The notes below the pieces were generated by a model. The model did not search any database. It was not told the DNA's origin and saw only the letters and a program-made list of their open reading frames with translations. From the NCBI GenBank assembly GCA_964016885.1, contig OZ024744.1, forward strand, positions 682,001 to 746,000: a stretch of 64,000 nucleotides of DNA, read 5' to 3'. A program made the translations under genes and the position numbers. The DNA is from Eledone cirrhosa. Taxonomy: Eukaryota. Shown here piece by piece: positions 60,601 to 64,000 of this stretch; the stretch's first letter is position 1; every line of letters begins with the position of its first letter.

Positions 60601-63300
60601 AAGGTAGAGAAAGATAGCTTGGTGAAGAACGAAGTTTTGAGGGAAGACAAGGTAGAGAAAGATAGCTTGATGAAGTACGAAGTTTTGAGGGAAGACAAGG
60701 TAGAGAAAGATAGCTTGGTGAAGAACGAAGTTTTGGGGGAAGACAAGGTAGAGAAATATAGCTCGGTGAAGAACGAAGTTTTGAGGGAAGACAAGGTAGA
60801 GAAAGATAGCTTGGTGAAGAACGAAGTTTTGGGGGAAGACAAGGTAGAGAAAGATAGCTTGGTGAAGAACGAAGTTTTGAGGGAAGACTAGGTAGAGAAA
60901 GATAGCTTGATGAAGAACGAAGTTTTGAGGGAAGACAAGGTAGAGAAAGATAGCTTGGTGAAGAACGAAGTTTTGGGGGAAGACAAGGTAGAGAAAGATA
61001 GCTTGGTGAAGAACGAAGGTTTGAGGGAAGACAAGGTAGAGAAAGATAGCTTGGTGAAGAACGAAGTTTTGGGGGAAGACAAGGTAGAGAAAGATAGCTT
61101 GGTGAAGAACGAAGTTTTGGGGAAGACAAGGTAGAGAAAGATAGCTTGGTGAAGAACGAAGTTATGAGGGAAGACAGGGTAGAGAAAGATAGTTGGTGAA
61201 GAACGAAGTTTTGAGGGAAGACAAGGTAGAGAAAGATAGCTTGGTGAAGAACGACGTTTTGAGGGAAGACAAGGTAGAGAAAGATAGCTTGGTGAAGAAC
61301 GAAGTTTTGGGGGAAGACAATCTAGAAAAAGATAGGTTGGTGAAGAACGAAGTTTTGAGGGAAGACAAGGTAGAGAAAGATAGCTTGGTGAAGAACGAAG
61401 TTTTGGGGGAAGACAAGGTAGAGAAAGATAGCTTGGTGAAGAACGAAGTTTTGAGGGAAGACAAGGTAGAGAAAGATAGTTGGTGAAGAACGAAGTTTTG
61501 AGGGAAGACAAGGTAGAGAAAGATAGCTTGGTGAAGAACGACGTTTTGAGGGAAGACAAGGTAGAGAAAGATAGCTTGGTGAAGAACGAAGTTTTGGGGG
61601 AAGACAAGGTAGAGAAAGATAGCTTGATGAAGTACGAAGTTTTGGGGGAAGACAAGGTAGAGAAAGATAGCTTGGTGAAGAACGACGTTTTGTGGGAAGA
61701 CAAGGTAGAGAAACATAGTTGGTGAAGAACGAAGTTTTGAGGGAAGACAAGGTAGAGAAAGATAGCTTGATGAAGTACGAAGTTTTGGGGGAAGACAAGG
61801 TAGAGAAAGATAGCTTGGTGAAGAACGAAGTTTTGAGGGAAGACAAGGTAGAGAAAGATAGCTTGATGAAGAACGAAGTTTTGAGGGAAGACAAGGTAGA
61901 GAATGATAGCTTGGTGAAGAACGAAGTTTTGAGGGGAGACAAAGTATAGAAAGATAGCTTGGTGAAGAACGAAGTTTTGGGGGAAGACAATGTAGAGAAA
62001 GATAGCTTGATGAAGAACGAAGTTTTGGGGAAGACAAGGTAGAGAAAGATAGCTTGGTGAAGAACGAAGTTTTGAGGGAAGACAAGGTAGAGAAAGATAG
62101 CTTGGTGAAGAACGAAGTTTTGGGGGAAGACAAGGTAGAGAAAGATAGCTTGGTGAAGAACGAAGTTTTGAGGGAAGACAAGGTAGAGAAAGATAGCTTG
62201 GTGAAGAACGAAGTTTTGGGGGAAGACAAGGTAGAGAAAGATAGCTTGGTGAAGAACGAAGTTTTGAGGGAAGACAAGGTAGAGAAAGATAGTTGGTAAA
62301 GAACGAAGTTTTGAAGGAAGACAAGGTAGAGAAAGATAGCTTGGTGAAGAACGACGTTTTGAGGGAAGACAAGGTATAGAAAGATAGCTTGGTGAAGAAC
62401 GACGTTTTCGGGGAAGAAAAGGTAGAGAAAGATAGCTTGGTGAAGAACAAAGTTTTGGGGGAAGACAAGGTAGAGAAAGATAGCTTGGTGAAGAACGAAG
62501 TATTGAGGGAAGACTCGGTAGAGAAAGATAGCTTGGTGAAGAACGAAGTTTTGAGGGAAGACAAGGTAGAGAAAGATAGCTTGGTGAAGAACGAGGTTTT
62601 GAGGGAAGACAATGTAGAGAAAGATAGCTTGGTGAAGAACGAAGTTTTGGGGGAAGACAAGGTAGAGAAAGATAGCTTGGTGAAGAACGAAGTTTTGGGG
62701 GATGACAAAGTAGAGAAAGATAGCTTGGTGAAGAACGAAGTTTTGGGGGAAGACAAGGTAGAGAAAGATAGCTTGATGAAGAACGAAGTTTTGGGGGAAG
62801 ACAAGGAAGAGAAAGATAGCTTGGTGAAGAACGAAGTTTTGAAGGAAGACAAGGTAGAGAAAGATAGCTTGGTGAAGAACGAAGTTTTGGGGGAAGACAA
62901 GGTAGAGAAAGATAGCTTGGTGAAGAACGAAGTTTTGCGGGAAGACAAGGTAGAGAAATATAGCTCGGTGAAGAACGAAGTTTTGAGGGAAGACAAGGTA
63001 GAGAAAGATAGCTTGGTGAAGAACGAAGTTTTGGGGGAAGACAAGGTAGAGAAAGATAGCTTGGTGAAGAACGAAGTTTTGAGGATGACAAGGTAGAGAA
63101 AGATAGCTTGGTGAAGAACGAAGTTATGAGGGAAGACAAGGTAGAGAAAGATAGTTGGTGAAGAACGAAGTTTTGAGGGAAGACAAGGTAGAGAAAGATA
63201 GCTTGGTGAAGAACGACGTTTTGAGGGAAGACAAGGTAGAGAAAGATAGCTTGGTGAAGAACGAAGTTTTGGGGGAAGACAAGGTAGAGAAAGATAGCTT
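54705..63300. repeat. Tandem duplication with 4212-bp offset (4356 after a 3-monomer indel)
   Basis: Landmarks 55114/59326, 55737/59949, 56359/60571, 56981/61193, 57842/62054 and 58177/62389 (offset 4212); 58799/63155 (offset 4356). TCTAGA variant at 57109/61321. The junction lies between 58917 and 58945. Confidence 0.88.
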
Positions 63301-64000
63301 GATGAAGTACGAAGTTTTGGGGGAAGACAAGGTAGAGAAAGATAGCTTGGTGAAGAACGAAGTTTTGAGGGAAGACAAGGTAGAGAAAGATAGCTTGATG
63401 AAGAACGAAGTTTTGAGGGAAGACAAGGTAGAGAAAGATAGCTTGGTGAAGAACGAAGTTTTGAGGGAAGACAAAGTATAGAAAGATAGCTTGGTGAAGA
63501 ACGAAGTTTTGGGGGAAGACAATGTAGAGAAAGATAGCTTGATGAAGAACGAAGTTTTGGGGGAAGACAAGGTAGAGAAAGATAGCTTGGTGAAGAACGA
63601 AGTTTTGAGGGAAGACAAGGTAGAGAAAGATAGCTTGGTGAAGAACGAAGTTTTGAGGGGAGACAAAGTATAGAAAGATAGCTTGGTGAAGAACGAAGTT
63701 TTGGGGGAAGACAATGTAGAGAAAGATAGCTTGATGAAGAACGAAGTTTTGGGGAAGACAAGGTAGAGAAAGATAGCTTGGTGAAGAACGAAGTTTTGAG
63801 GGAAGACAAGGTAGAGAAAGATAGCTTGGTGAAGAACGAAGTTTTGGGGGAAGACAAGGTAGAGAAAGATAGCTTGGTGAAGAACGAAGTTTTGAGGGAA
63901 GACAAGGTAGAGAAAGATAGCTTGGTGAAGAACGAAGTTTTGGGGGAAGACAAGGTAGAGAAAGATAGCTTGGTGAAGAACGAAGTTTTGAGGGAAGACA

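Larger units (their letters stand above)
1..64000. repeat. 48-bp tandem satellite array, about 1,335 head-to-tail monomers, truncated at both window edges
   Basis: The consensus TTGGTGAAGAACGAAGTTTTG(A/G)GGGAAGACAAGGTAGAGAAAGATAGC recurs on every line from base 1 to 64000. Monomers differ by roughly 0-4 substitutions or a 1-bp deletion (47-mers). The ORF track shows 16-aa periodicity in all open frames. Copy number is estimated as 64000/48. Confidence 0.99.

Noticed and set aside
1-64000. CRISPR array
   Set aside because: There are no unique spacers, no palindromic repeat, no leader and no cas genes; the monomers are contiguous.
1-64000. Telomeric repeat, human CER/48-bp satellite, or transposon/IS element
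   Set aside because: No short telomeric motif, no resemblance to the CER consensus as I recall it, and no terminal repeats, target-site duplications or transposase/RT sequence.
1-64000. Pure sequencing or concatemer artefact, or synthetic sequence
   Set aside because: Variants are hierarchically shared among blocks with private SNVs and chimeric junctions, as expected of an evolved array. Individual duplications still need read support.

Overview
The whole 64-kb window is one uninterrupted, single-orientation tandem array of a 48-bp monomer, consensus TTGGTGAAGAACGAAGTTTTG(A/G)GGGAAGACAAGGTAGAGAAAGATAGC (about 1,335 copies; 19A/17G/9T/3C, 75% purine on +, about 42% GC). It runs off both ends. 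I saw no unique sequence, transposon, RNA gene, CRISPR spacer or inversion, and I do not recognise the repeat family or the organism. All ORF-track entries are by-products of the repeat. One + frame reads (LVKNEVL[R/G]EDKVEKDS)n but is broken every 60-250 codons by recurrent 1-bp deletions and stops. All three - frames are open because the consensus lacks TTA, CTA and TCA. The real information is in the variant monomers. They form reusable cassettes (about 17-24 monomers) assembled into higher-order repeats (HORs) and block duplications with offsets of 1965/2013, 2156, 3638, 3689/3833, 4212, 5071, 6177, 17144 and 32572 bp. The youngest duplication junction can be placed within 6 bp. Best interpretation: a young, actively turning-over satellite or macrosatellite (probably eukaryotic, possibly centromeric or heterochromatic; inference only) that may descend from a 16-aa coding repeat. 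No functional gene is supported.
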